This document shows, piece by piece, positions 15,845 through 25,258 of a stretch of DNA of 34,448 bases; positions within the stretch are counted from its first letter, which is position 1; each line of letters starts with the position of its first letter. The translations under genes were made by a program, and so were the position numbers. The notes below the pieces were generated by a model. The model made no database searches, was not told the DNA's origin, and saw only the letters and a program-made list of their open reading frames with translations. The stretch lies in the IMG/VR virus record IMGVR_UViG_3300024262_000125, positions 1 through 34,448 of that record. One strand, written 5' to 3'. This stretch comes from a virus. Its lineage: Duplodnaviria; Caudoviricetes.

Positions 15845-16411
15845 ATGGCGCAGCGCAGAACGCACAGCGTAATCGATAGACTGCCCGCCGAGCTGAGGCA
15901 GGCGTTGACGGCAATGGTCGTGGACGGGGCGTGGCCGGATGGCTGCCTCTGCCGCCAAGAAGGCAAGCCACGCTATGAGGACATGGTAAGTTATTGCGTC
16001 GAGCAGGGCTACGGCGTTTCCAGCTCGGCGGTCGGCCGCTGGGCCAAGAAGATGCGGCTGCTGGCGCGGATGCGCAGCTCCGCTGAGATCGTCCGGGATG
16101 TGATGGCCGACGTCACCGCCGAGAAGGCCACTGAAACGCAGCGGGCCGTCGCCGAGATGGTCACCGCTATTGTTATCGACTTTGTCAGCGACAAGGACGG
16201 TTTCAACGCCAAAGAGATCCGCGACATAGCCAAGGCCGTCAAGGACTGCACCGCCGTAAGCCTGTCCGCCGACAAGTACATCCGCACCGAGCTCGGCAAG
16301 AAAGCCGCCGTCGCCGCCGAATCGACCAGGGCCAAGTTAGGCGCCGCCGGCGTTGACCGCAAGCTGATTCAGGAAATTATCGATGAGCATTTGGGGGTAG
16401 TAAAATCGTAG
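15845..16411 (+). CDS. Mu gp27/DUF3486-like small terminase subunit
   Basis: S.IDRLP.ELR..L...Y.D...GY.VS.SAVGRW signature. Confidence 0.85.
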   Translation: MAQRRTHSVIDRLPAELRQALTAMVVDGAWPDGCLCRQEGKPRYEDMVSYCVEQGYGVSSSAVGRWAKKMRLLARMRSSAEIVRDVMADVTAEKATETQRAVAEMVTAIVIDFVSDKDGFNAKEIRDIAKAVKDCTAVSLSADKYIRTELGKKAAVAAESTRAKLGAAGVDRKLIQEIIDEHLGVVKS

Positions 16412-17781
16412 CCGCCGCCGAAAAAATCTCGCTGCCGAAGGGCTACTTCCTGCCGTACCAGGTAAACTGGATAGCCGATGATGCGCACTACAAGCTGTGG
16501 GACAAATCGCGCCGCATCGGCGCTACTTACGCCGAGAGCTACCGCGCCTGCCGCGTCCGCAACACCATCGACCACAGGCGAGACTACTGGTTCAGCTCCG
16601 CCGATGAATCGGCGGCGGTGGAGTTCTCGCTCTACTGCCAGCAGTGGTGCAGGCTCTTTAATGCAGTCGTGCAGACCTTCACCGAGCAGCTCGAGGATGA
16701 CCAGGGCTATCGATTCAATAATTACGTGGTCGAGTTTCCCAACGGCAGCCGCGTCAACTGTATGAGCAGCAATCCCCGCCGCTTCCGGTCCAAGGGCGGC
16801 GATGTATGCCTCGATGAATTCGACTGGCACGATTCGCCCGGCGAAATGCTCGATGCGGCCATGCCCGTCACCACGTGGGGTTATGATATTACGATTCTGA
16901 CCACCCGCAACGGCGAAGGCTCGGAGTTTGATAATCTCACCAACGTAGCCAGGAAGGTCGCCGCCGGCGAGCTCGACCCGGAAAAGGACCCGGTCCTGCC
17001 CTGGTCGTATCACCTGACTCCTATAACGGTCGCCGTCGAGCAGGGCCTTGCCGAAAAAATCTACAAGCTGACCCACGTCGACCCTGCCGCCCGCGAGCGG
17101 TTTATCCGCGAATGCCGCGCCCGCTGCCGTAATCTGGATGCCTTTAACCAGGAATATATGTGCATCCCGTCGTCGGCGGCGTCCACGCTGATTCCGTACG
17201 ATCTCTATCAATCCTGCGAGTCCTCCGATTGCTTAGCGAACCTCGTACCTCACACCGAGGCCCGCCGTGATTATTACTTGGGCGGCGACATCGGCCGTGA
17301 GAAGCACCTGACTGTATTCTGGGTCGCCGAAAGGCTCGGCGATGTCCTGGTAACCCGCAAGATTATCCGGCTTTATAAGACGCCGTACAACACGCAGCTT
17401 ACCGTCGCGTCGGACCTGCTGAGTAATTACAACCTTCGCCGCGCCTGCATCGACGCCACCGGAATCGGCGACATGCTCGCAGAGAGCCTGCAGGACCGCT
17501 TCGGCGCCGACCGCGTCGAGAAGCTCAAGTTCACCAACCAGCTCAAGGACCACCTGGCCAGCGGCCTCCGCGCTTCCTTCGAGGACCGCCGCATAAGGGT
17601 GCCCAACGATGTGAAGGTCCGTGAGAGCTTTCACAAGGTGCGCAAGACCGTCACCGCCGCCGGCAACATTCGTTACGACGCCGCCTCCGACGCCACCGGC
17701 CACGCCGACGATTTCTGGGCCGCCGCCTGCTGCCGGGAGGCATCGAAGGTATCGGTCATTCCGGAGTGCATACTATTATGA
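16405..17781 (+). CDS. terL: Terminase large subunit (Mu gp28-like); start codon non-canonical
   Basis: Frame upstream of GTG 16618 encodes FLPYQ..W...KSRRIGAT (Walker A region); VCLDEF Walker B; GGDIGR, IDATGIG and GHADDFWA nuclease motifs. Confidence 0.92.
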   Translation: MVAAAEKISLPKGYFLPYQVNWIADDAHYKLWDKSRRIGATYAESYRACRVRNTIDHRRDYWFSSADESAAVEFSLYCQQWCRLFNAVVQTFTEQLEDDQGYRFNNYVVEFPNGSRVNCMSSNPRRFRSKGGDVCLDEFDWHDSPGEMLDAAMPVTTWGYDITILTTRNGEGSEFDNLTNVARKVAAGELDPEKDPVLPWSYHLTPITVAVEQGLAEKIYKLTHVDPAARERFIRECRARCRNLDAFNQEYMCIPSSAASTLIPYDLYQSCESSDCLANLVPHTEARRDYYLGGDIGREKHLTVFWVAERLGDVLVTRKIIRLYKTPYNTQLTVASDLLSNYNLRRACIDATGIGDMLAESLQDRFGADRVEKLKFTNQLKDHLASGLRASFEDRRIRVPNDVKVRESFHKVRKTVTAAGNIRYDAASDATGHADDFWAAACCREASKVSVIPECILL

Positions 17782-20141
17782 CCGAAGTCCTGGCAACACG
17801 CAGATTGAGTCCCGAGGCAGCCGAGCTGCTGAAGGCCGGCATCGACTCTCAAGTCGAAAAGGCCATAACCAAGAGCTACGGTACGAGCCAGCTTGCCCAG
17901 CTCTGGGCATCGGGTATGGACATGCCGGAATCCCGCCGCCGGACGGCCACTAAGCCTTACAGCCAGGTCGAATTGGTATTTGCCTGTGTCAACAAGCTTA
18001 TCGCCAACGTCATGGCCCTGCCTCTGGTCCTGTCGACCATCGACGAAAAAATAATCGAATCCGGAGAGGTTTGGGACGTCCTCTTTAATAACCCGTTGAT
18101 GAGCTTCGAGACGTTCATCCGCGAGACCGTCGGCCACTACGCCCTGAGCCGGGATGTCTTCTGGGTCTTTACCGATATGGTCGGGCGCCGACCGAAAGAA
18201 ATCTTCGTCGTCTCGGGCACGCAGATGCATCCCATAACTCACAACCGCCGGCCCGATGGAGACCTCATAGGCTGGGAGTTCACAGGCTCCGGCGGAAAGC
18301 GCGCCGAATACACTCCCGACGAGGTCTGGCAGCTAAGGAACTTTAACCCTTACGACCGCTTTCACGGCTCCGGCCCTCTATCGGCGGCTAAGCAGAATAT
18401 CGATTACGATTACATTGCATCGATGTTCGAGACCTCCAGCCTGCAGAACGGCGCTGAGCCCGGCATTATCCTGACGCACACCGGCTCGATGGATAAGGAG
18501 CAGAAGGACGCCTTCGTCGGCAATTTCGATTCGCGTCACGGCGGGCCCGACAAGGCCCGTCGCACCGTGCTCCTGACCGGCGGCGTTACCGCGTCGAGTT
18601 TGACGGTGGACATGGTCGACATGGACGTCGCCAATCTTACCGACAAGGCCGCTAAGAAAATCTGTTCCGCCTTCGCCACCCCGCCGGCGGTGGTCGGCCT
18701 TGTTACCGAGGCGCAGTACGCCCACGGCCCGGCCCAGCAGGATTATATCTTTAACACCGTAATCCCCCTGGCGTCGCTCATCGCGGGCGAATTGACCTAC
18801 GGCGTCATCTCGCGGTTCTACAGCTCGTCGCAGCGGGCGGTCGAGGCGGCGAAGGCCCGCTACTTTACCAGCCGACTGCCGCTGCTGCGCAACCGCAGTT
18901 TTATCTCGGCGCGTCACAAGGCCGTCGGCCGCAAACAGAAGCTGTTCGCCTGGTTCGATTCCTCGCAGCACCCGACCGTCCAGGCCTCGCAGCAGGAAAC
19001 AGCCAAAAAGGTATTAAAATATACGGAATCCGGCGTGCCGTTGAACGACCTCATCGAGGCGCACGACCTGCCGTATCAAAAGCAGCCCTGGGGCGACGAC
19101 TGGTGGGTAACTATGGGCAGGGTCCCGGCCCGCTATACCCTGGAAGCGGGCATGGAAGGTCTGACCGGCCCATCGCTGCTGGAAGGCGAGCCGGCTGAAC
19201 TGGCGGCGGATTTCGACGGACGCGAGCCCAAGGAAATCGCCGCCGGGACGAAGAAAATTGACGACCCTCGCAAGCTGCGCATCTGGAACAACTGGCAAAT
19301 AAGCTGGGCCGGACTCGAGCGCGAGTATCGGGAGGCGATGCGCAAGTTATTTTTACGCCAGCAGCGCGAGCTCTTAGCCAAGCTGAAGAAGGCCCTGGCC
19401 GACGCCAAGGCCGTTAAGGCCGACCCCGATACTATTATCGCCCACGTCGTCTTCGATTTAATCAAGGAGGACGGCAAGCTCAAGGTCATCAACGATATAT
19501 TCTTTACCCGGTCGGCTGAATTAGGTATCCGCCAGGCCCTCTCCGAGGTCGCCGGCGTTACCGGCGACGCCGCCGCCGATGCGGTTGCGAGGCTGAAGCT
19601 GAGTCCATCCGTCCGCAATTCGCTTGTCCGCTCGTCTCATAAAATCAAGGGCGCCAATCGCACAACCCAGCGGCAGGTCGCCTCGCAATTGCGCAAGGGC
19701 CTGGAGGCCGAAGAAGGTCTGCCGCAGCTCACTTCCCGCATCAGGCGAACGCTCGGCTCCAATCTCGGCCGGGCGCAGCGTATCGCACGCACCCAGACCG
19801 CCGGCGCCGTCGGCGCCGGGCGTCACGCAGGCCTCGCCGACTGCGGCGTGCAGCTCAAGACCTGGCTGACCAGCGGCGACGCCGAGGTCCGCGAATCCCA
19901 CCAGGCAGCCGGCGAGGCATACGCCGAGGGCATACCGCTTAACCAGGCATTTATTGTCGGCGGCGCAGCGCTGATGCACCCTGCGGACCCCGCCGGCCCG
20001 GCAGCCGAGATCATCAACTGCCGATGCGTCGAGCTGGCCCGCGTTACAGGCAGCCGCAGCTTCAGTCTGGACTATTACAGCAATCTTAAATTTTACTCGT
20101 TATACGATATGGAGAATTCCCATGGCCAAGCCAACAAATAA
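17778..20141 (+). CDS. HK97-family portal protein fused to a C-terminal MuF/gp30-like head morphogenesis domain
   Basis: VFACV..IA...LPL...NPLM...G.GPL.AA...NGAEPGII...IC.AF..PP..VG portal motifs; RA.RIART...KTWL...D..VR.SH...P.DP......INCRC MuF motifs; ATGA overlap with terL. Confidence 0.9.
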   Translation: MTEVLATRRLSPEAAELLKAGIDSQVEKAITKSYGTSQLAQLWASGMDMPESRRRTATKPYSQVELVFACVNKLIANVMALPLVLSTIDEKIIESGEVWDVLFNNPLMSFETFIRETVGHYALSRDVFWVFTDMVGRRPKEIFVVSGTQMHPITHNRRPDGDLIGWEFTGSGGKRAEYTPDEVWQLRNFNPYDRFHGSGPLSAAKQNIDYDYIASMFETSSLQNGAEPGIILTHTGSMDKEQKDAFVGNFDSRHGGPDKARRTVLLTGGVTASSLTVDMVDMDVANLTDKAAKKICSAFATPPAVVGLVTEAQYAHGPAQQDYIFNTVIPLASLIAGELTYGVISRFYSSSQRAVEAAKARYFTSRLPLLRNRSFISARHKAVGRKQKLFAWFDSSQHPTVQASQQETAKKVLKYTESGVPLNDLIEAHDLPYQKQPWGDDWWVTMGRVPARYTLEAGMEGLTGPSLLEGEPAELAADFDGREPKEIAAGTKKIDDPRKLRIWNNWQISWAGLEREYREAMRKLFLRQQRELLAKLKKALADAKAVKADPDTIIAHVVFDLIKEDGKLKVINDIFFTRSAELGIRQALSEVAGVTGDAAADAVARLKLSPSVRNSLVRSSHKIKGANRTTQRQVASQLRKGLEAEEGLPQLTSRIRRTLGSNLGRAQRIARTQTAGAVGAGRHAGLADCGVQLKTWLTSGDAEVRESHQAAGEAYAEGIPLNQAFIVGGAALMHPADPAGPAAEIINCRCVELARVTGSRSFSLDYYSNLKFYSLYDMENSHGQANK

Positions 20142-20904
20142 GGCCGAAACCGGATACGTATTTGCCGCTGTCAAGGCAATCGACGAAGAAGCCCGCACCC
20201 TCGAGGCGGTAGCCTCGACCGCCGATTTGGACCGCGACAAGGAGATAATCCTTCCATCTGCGTTCATCGAGAGCCTTGCCGCCTTCAAGGCCAACCCCGT
20301 GATTCTGGCCACGCACCTTCACCGCCTTTCCGACGGCTCCTCGCCGGTAATAGGCTCGGCCATTCCGGAGACGATTCAAGTCGGCCAGAGCGAAGTAACA
20401 TTCACCATGCGCTTCGCCGACACGCCAAAGGGCGACGAATACTGGAAGCTCTACAAGGACCGTCACATGCGTGCCTTTTCTATCGGTTTTATCCCCATCG
20501 AATGGACCGATGAAAAGGACGAGCATTTAGGCTATGTCCGCACCTATACCAAGATTGAGCTTTTGGAGATCTCGGCCGTGCCCGTGCCCTCGAACCGCCG
20601 CGCACTGGCCAGGGCCAAGGGCTTCTTCGAGACCGCCGACAGCCGCGACGAGCTGGCCGAAATCGTAAAGACCGCACTGGCGGAACAGTCCGCCAATACG
20701 GATAAATCAATCACGCAGCTTCGCAGCTTTCTCGAAGAATCCTTTGACGATATTAAATCGCTTTTAATCGCCGATTCCGGCGGGTTCGCGGACGAGCTCC
20801 TGCTCGGTAGTAAGTCCGATTCACCCGCCGATGCCGGCGCCAAAACCGAGCGGCAACTGCAACGTATCGAACGGGCATTTCAAAAACCTTTAGGAGAAAA
20901 ATAA
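20122..20904 (+). CDS. HK97-type prohead protease
   Basis: AST...DRD.EII.P.AF...NPVIL..H...FSIGF...LLEISAVPVPSN. Confidence 0.92.
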   Translation: MAKPTNKAETGYVFAAVKAIDEEARTLEAVASTADLDRDKEIILPSAFIESLAAFKANPVILATHLHRLSDGSSPVIGSAIPETIQVGQSEVTFTMRFADTPKGDEYWKLYKDRHMRAFSIGFIPIEWTDEKDEHLGYVRTYTKIELLEISAVPVPSNRRALARAKGFFETADSRDELAEIVKTALAEQSANTDKSITQLRSFLEESFDDIKSLLIADSGGFADELLLGSKSDSPADAGAKTERQLQRIERAFQKPLGEK

Positions 20905-20905
20905 C

Positions 20906-22297
20906 ATGTCTTTTACAAACGAACAAATAGAAGCCAGGCTCAAGCAGACCGCCGACACGGTGGAAACCGCCGTCGGGGATATGCGAAAGAATCTGGCAAC
21001 GAAAAAAGAGGTTCTCGATCTCATCAACGAGCGTACCGGTATCGACGGCGAGCTGATTAAAAGCAGCGCTGCCGACATAGACAGGCTCAATACCGGCGCC
21101 GACGAGGTTAAGGCGAATCTTGATCGGCTTGACGAGGAAATCCGCAAATTCAAAAACCAGCGTCTCGCCTCCGCAGCGATGCAGGGCTCGAACCGCAACT
21201 ACAAGGGCTATTTCTCCAGCCCCCAGGAAGCCAAGGCCTTCGCGCTGCTGGTTATGGCCGCAGCGACCTCCGGTCACAGCCAGCTTTCAGAGCGCCACGA
21301 GGCGGCGTCGAAAGCGCTCGATGCGATGGGAATCGAGCCTTACTGGCTGGACGGTTCCGGGCACAAAGCGATGACCGGCTCATCGCAGGCCGCCGGCAGC
21401 GCCCTTGTTACCATCGAGCAGATCCCGACAATCATCATGCTGCTCGAGCGATACAGCAAGTTTCGCGCCAATGCTCAGATTGTACCGATGGGCGCCGGCT
21501 CGACCACGCAGCCGAAGGTTGATTCGCTGCTCGAGATCACCTGTCCCGGCGAAGGCAAAGAAGCCACTCTGAAAGACCCGACCATCGCCATCCTGTCCAT
21601 GCTGCCCAAGACGCTAATTGCAGTCACCGCGTATTCGATAGAGCTCGAGGACGATTCCCTCGTCCTGCTCGGTGAGCTGCTAATCGGCCTGTTCACCCGC
21701 TCTTTTGCCTACTACGAGGACCTCTTTGGTTTCCTCGGCGACGGCACATCGACATATTTCGGTTTCAAAGGCTGCGTCGGCGCCCTGCGGGCCGTCGATG
21801 CGACCATCGCCAATATCAAGTCTCTCGTCGTCGGCGCCGGCAACGCATACAGCGAGCTGACTCTGGCCAACTTCAAATCGGTTGTCGGCGTAGCTCCGCA
21901 GATGGCCGACGATGAGCTCAAGTGGTACGTCCACCGATATTTCTTCTGGACCGTCATGGTCAAGCTGGCCCTGGCCGCAGGCAGCGGCACGGCCACCGAA
22001 ATCCTGACCGGCCAGGCGACGCGGCAGAAAACTTACCTGGGTTATCCCGTAGAGCTTACCCAGGTTATGCCCAGGGCCGAGGCCAACAGCCAGATCTGCG
22101 CACTACTGGCGAATTTGAGAATAGGCGCGATGCTGGGTGCGCGAGGCGGTATGGAATTTGCGACCGCCAGCGAGCGCTATTTTGAGAAGGGCCTGATCGG
22201 CGTTCGCGGCATCGAAAGAGTCGCCATCAACGCCCACGGCGTCGGCGATACGACCCAGGCCGGCCCCATCTGCGGATTAATCACAGCCGCAGGTTAA
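20906..22297 (+). CDS. Major capsid protein, HK97 fold, with N-terminal coiled-coil scaffold (delta) domain
   Basis: AGGAG SD; coiled-coil N-terminus; G..LV....I...PGEG...S.EL.DDS...F.GDG...LGYPV...R...R motifs. Confidence 0.9.
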   Translation: MSFTNEQIEARLKQTADTVETAVGDMRKNLATKKEVLDLINERTGIDGELIKSSAADIDRLNTGADEVKANLDRLDEEIRKFKNQRLASAAMQGSNRNYKGYFSSPQEAKAFALLVMAAATSGHSQLSERHEAASKALDAMGIEPYWLDGSGHKAMTGSSQAAGSALVTIEQIPTIIMLLERYSKFRANAQIVPMGAGSTTQPKVDSLLEITCPGEGKEATLKDPTIAILSMLPKTLIAVTAYSIELEDDSLVLLGELLIGLFTRSFAYYEDLFGFLGDGTSTYFGFKGCVGALRAVDATIANIKSLVVGAGNAYSELTLANFKSVVGVAPQMADDELKWYVHRYFFWTVMVKLALAAGSGTATEILTGQATRQKTYLGYPVELTQVMPRAEANSQICALLANLRIGAMLGARGGMEFATASERYFEKGLIGVRGIERVAINAHGVGDTTQAGPICGLITAAG

Positions 22298-22358
22298 TAG
22301 CGGCAATTGTGTTTCGTGAATCGAAAGTTGTGAATCGTAACTTGTTTTGAAAGGATAA

Positions 22359-22835
22359 ATGATGGATTTACGAGCAATCCTGAAGCTGCTCAAATTCGCC
22401 CTGGTGCTGCCTCCGCAGCTCAAAGACGACGGCGACTTCGCCGGCAACACCTACATCGATACGCAGGGCCTCGGCGCGGTGCTGTTTCTGTTTGCGACGG
22501 GCGCAACCGACGTCGCCGCCGGCGACGCCATAGGTTCCACCGCCGAGGGTACGGCCCCCAAACTCGAGGAGTGCGACACGACCGGCGGCTCGTATACCGC
22601 CGTAGCGGACGCCGCCCTGGCCGACAGCATCCAGTATGACGAAGACGACAAGCTGTTCGGCATCTTCGTCGACTGCGCAAGGACGCACAAGCGTTACATG
22701 CAGGTAAACCCGCCGCACTCGGCGGCCGGCGCGGTCAACGGCTCGAACCTGTGCGTTATCGCCATAGGATTCCCGTCCGACCAGATGCCGAAGAGCGCCG
22801 GCGGCATGGGCCTGGAAGAGCTCATCGAGGCGTGA
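22359..22835 (+). CDS. Putative capsid decoration protein
   Basis: Follows capsid gene; IDT.G...KLEECD.....Y..V...KRY pattern. Confidence 0.65.
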   Translation: MMDLRAILKLLKFALVLPPQLKDDGDFAGNTYIDTQGLGAVLFLFATGATDVAAGDAIGSTAEGTAPKLEECDTTGGSYTAVADAALADSIQYDEDDKLFGIFVDCARTHKRYMQVNPPHSAAGAVNGSNLCVIAIGFPSDQMPKSAGGMGLEELIEA

Positions 22836-22862
22836 GCAGCGACATCGAGGCGTAAGCAGCGA
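22823..22862. repeat. 20-bp tandem duplication spanning a stop codon
   Basis: CATCGAGGCGTGAGCAGCGA / CATCGAGGCGTAAGCAGCGA, followed by a GC hairpin at ~22884-22905. Confidence 0.8.
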
Positions 22863-22938
22863 CTGTAAATGGAACTTGTTATGCCCGCCCGCTGCGGCGG
22901 GCGGGTGTAACGTTAAAAAAAAGAAACGAGGTAAATAT

Positions 22939-23748
22939 ATGTGGGTAAAATTCACTAAGACCTATACCGGCCCGGCAGGCATGTTTATCCGGGGCCAGAA
23001 ATACGACCTGCCCGAGATGACGACGCTGTCTCGAATCGACCGCAGTTTTTACGAGCCCTGCGACGCCCCCTGGGACACGCACAAGGACCCGCAGCTCATC
23101 AGGCTGAACGAGCTGCAGGAACAACTGGCCAAGGCCCGCCAGCAGGCCGAGGGGTTCACACGCGCAGCCGAGGAGATGATGCAGAATGCCGAGGCAAGGA
23201 AGGCCGATGTTATCGCCAGGGCTGAGGCTGCAAAGGACGCCACCGATGCCGAGCGTCCGCGCAAAGATGCCGAGTTCCGCCTGGCCCAGAGTGACATGGA
23301 CGGCGCTTTAGCCCACGCCGACCTCGCTCGCATCACGGCCAAATCATTCGCTAAAAAAACTGAGGCGCTCGAGGCCGCCATCGACGAAATCCGCAAGACC
23401 CAGGCCGACGAAGCTGCGAAAGCCACCGAAGCCGACACATCTGACGAAGCCGCCAAGACCGCCGAAGCCGCCGAGGCCGAAGAAACCGCCGAGCCGCCTG
23501 CAGCCACCGACGCTGCCGACGCCGACGAAGCCAAAGCCGCCGAGGCCGCCAAGGCCAAAGCCGCCGACGTCGACGAAGCCAAAGCCGCCGAGCCGGACAA
23601 GGGCGGCAAAGCCAACGCCCAAAGAAAGGGAAAAAATGAACGTGAAGATCAAAAAGACCTATCGCGGCCCCCTGGGCCGCTTCCGAAGAGGCGCCAGCTA
23701 CGAGCTCAACAGCCACGTCGCGGCCCAACTGCCGGCGGGCGTCGTTGA
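22939..23748 (+). CDS. Ala/Glu-rich coiled-coil and low-complexity protein
   Basis: GAGG SD before ATG 22939; DEAKAAE-type repeats. Confidence 0.7.
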   Translation: MWVKFTKTYTGPAGMFIRGQKYDLPEMTTLSRIDRSFYEPCDAPWDTHKDPQLIRLNELQEQLAKARQQAEGFTRAAEEMMQNAEARKADVIARAEAAKDATDAERPRKDAEFRLAQSDMDGALAHADLARITAKSFAKKTEALEAAIDEIRKTQADEAAKATEADTSDEAAKTAEAAEAEETAEPPAATDAADADEAKAAEAAKAKAADVDEAKAAEPDKGGKANAQRKGKNEREDQKDLSRPPGPLPKRRQLRAQQPRRGPTAGGRR

Positions 23749-23824
23749 CAAGGCCGTCGCCGCCTCGCCCGCCGACAAGCAGGCCCGTCCGGACAAGGAC
23801 CGCGAAAGGTTCAAAACAAAATGA
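23636..23824 (+). CDS. Small basic protein paralogous to the N-terminus of the upstream gene
   Basis: MNVKIKKTYRGPLGRFRRGASYEL vs MWVKFTKTYTGPAGMFIRGQKYDL; AAGGGA SD. Confidence 0.7.
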   Translation: MNVKIKKTYRGPLGRFRRGASYELNSHVAAQLPAGVVDKAVAASPADKQARPDKDRERFKTK

Positions 23825-23888
23825 CGTTTAAGGGCGATTAAAACCGCCCGTAAAGAACGTTTTAACGGTGGTTAAAAGGAATGCTGTT

Positions 23889-24119
23889 ATGGTGAAATCC
23901 AAAACCGAACATGATCTCTATCTCGAACAAGTAGATTTGTATATCAAGAACCAGCAAAAGCACATCCAGAGCTGTAATGAGGAGATTGCGGCGAATAACA
24001 TCCAAATAGACCTGCTCAAGCAATCCAGTGCCCTGGAACGGCAGCAAGCCCGCCTAATGCAGCAACGAATAACGCTCACGACGAAACAGCGCGAGAAATA
24101 TCTAAAGCGGTTGGAATAA
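23889..24119 (+). CDS. Small coiled-coil protein
   Basis: AAGGA SD; Gln-rich helix. Confidence 0.55.
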   Translation: MVKSKTEHDLYLEQVDLYIKNQQKHIQSCNEEIAANNIQIDLLKQSSALERQQARLMQQRITLTTKQREKYLKRLE

Positions 24120-24126
24120 AAGAAAA

Positions 24127-25077
24127 ATGGCAGAGCTAATCGCAAAAACAGCCAGCGCCGTAGCCGTTGACGAGGACCTTACGGTCCTTCTCGACTGGGT
24201 TAATATCGAGCAGGTGTCGGCCTTCACCGTTGTCGTCGACAACGCCGGCGGCGGCTCGGCAAACGATATCGCCGATGTGCAAATAGATACGTCCGCCGAC
24301 GGCGGCGACACCTCCGATTTAGACCAGCACGACGGCGTACCGGCCGTCCCAATCGCATCGGCCAAGGCGTCGCTCGGAACCTTCACCGAGTCCGCCGCCT
24401 TCGTCCGCGTCCGCGCCAAGTGCGCAGCCGGCGAGGATACCACGGCAAGGGCCGTCCTCTTTGCCGACAGCTCCGTCGCCCGCATCTGCACACTCGCCGA
24501 CGTTAAGGAGCGTCTGGGCCTGACTGATACCGACCATGATTCGGTCATCGGCAGAATCATAACGGGCGTCGAGCGCATCTTCAGCGGTTACTGCCGCCGC
24601 GAGCTGATTGTTACCGCCTCGGATGTCACCGAGTATTACGGCGGCGGCGCTTCTCTTTTGGCGCTTCGCCGCTACCCGGTCGTGACAGTAACGTCGGCCA
24701 CGGTCGCCTACGATTACGATTTCGATTCAGCCATTCCCTTGACGCCGAATAGCGACTACCGCGTAATCTCCGGCAGCAAGAAGGGTATCGTCAGCCGGAT
24801 ATATACCATTTGGCCGAAAGCGCACGATTCCATCCAGGTCATCTATCGCGGCGGCTACTGCGCAGCCGGCCAGGCCCCGGCGGCAGGCGAGTACGCGATG
24901 CCCGCCGACCTTCGGGAGGCGGCCATCGAGCAGGCATCTTTTATCTTCAAGCGACGCGACGATATCGGCCTGTCGGCCGTCGGCTTCCAGGGCGGCAATG
25001 TCAGTAAGTTCAGCGCAATGAAACTGCTGCCTATGGTCGAGGAAGTTCTCAAAAATTACAGGAGTCCGGAATTATGA
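24127..25077 (+). CDS. Head-tail adaptor (gp6/gp15-like) with an extra N-terminal beta domain
   Basis: CTLADVKERLG...D..I..II....YC.R.L...L..YPV..V...I.V.Y.GGY...P.DL..A from about residue 118. Confidence 0.8.
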   Translation: MAELIAKTASAVAVDEDLTVLLDWVNIEQVSAFTVVVDNAGGGSANDIADVQIDTSADGGDTSDLDQHDGVPAVPIASAKASLGTFTESAAFVRVRAKCAAGEDTTARAVLFADSSVARICTLADVKERLGLTDTDHDSVIGRIITGVERIFSGYCRRELIVTASDVTEYYGGGASLLALRRYPVVTVTSATVAYDYDFDSAIPLTPNSDYRVISGSKKGIVSRIYTIWPKAHDSIQVIYRGGYCAAGQAPAAGEYAMPADLREAAIEQASFIFKRRDDIGLSAVGFQGGNVSKFSAMKLLPMVEEVLKNYRSPEL

Positions 25078-25256
25078 GACGCAGAAAAGCCAAACATTAT
25101 TACGTTGATATTCCGAAAAAAATCTCGCACCGAATGCGCCGCGCAGCAGGAACCTATATCGCCCCGTCCGGCGGCAACAGCAGCAGCTACAAGCTCCTGC
25201 GACGCTTCCGTCCGAGTATGTTTTTTGACCTGATGGCCAAGCTGTCCGGAAAGTAA
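25074..25256 (+). CDS. Small basic hypothetical protein
   Basis: ATGA overlap; exactly fills the gap in the operon. Confidence 0.5.
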   Translation: MRRRKAKHYYVDIPKKISHRMRRAAGTYIAPSGGNSSSYKLLRRFRPSMFFDLMAKLSGK

Positions 25257-25258
25257 TT

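Noticed and set aside
16369-17211. 280-aa minus-strand ORF and other antisense ORFs in the late operon
   Set aside because: Antisense shadows of terminase, portal and capsid genes
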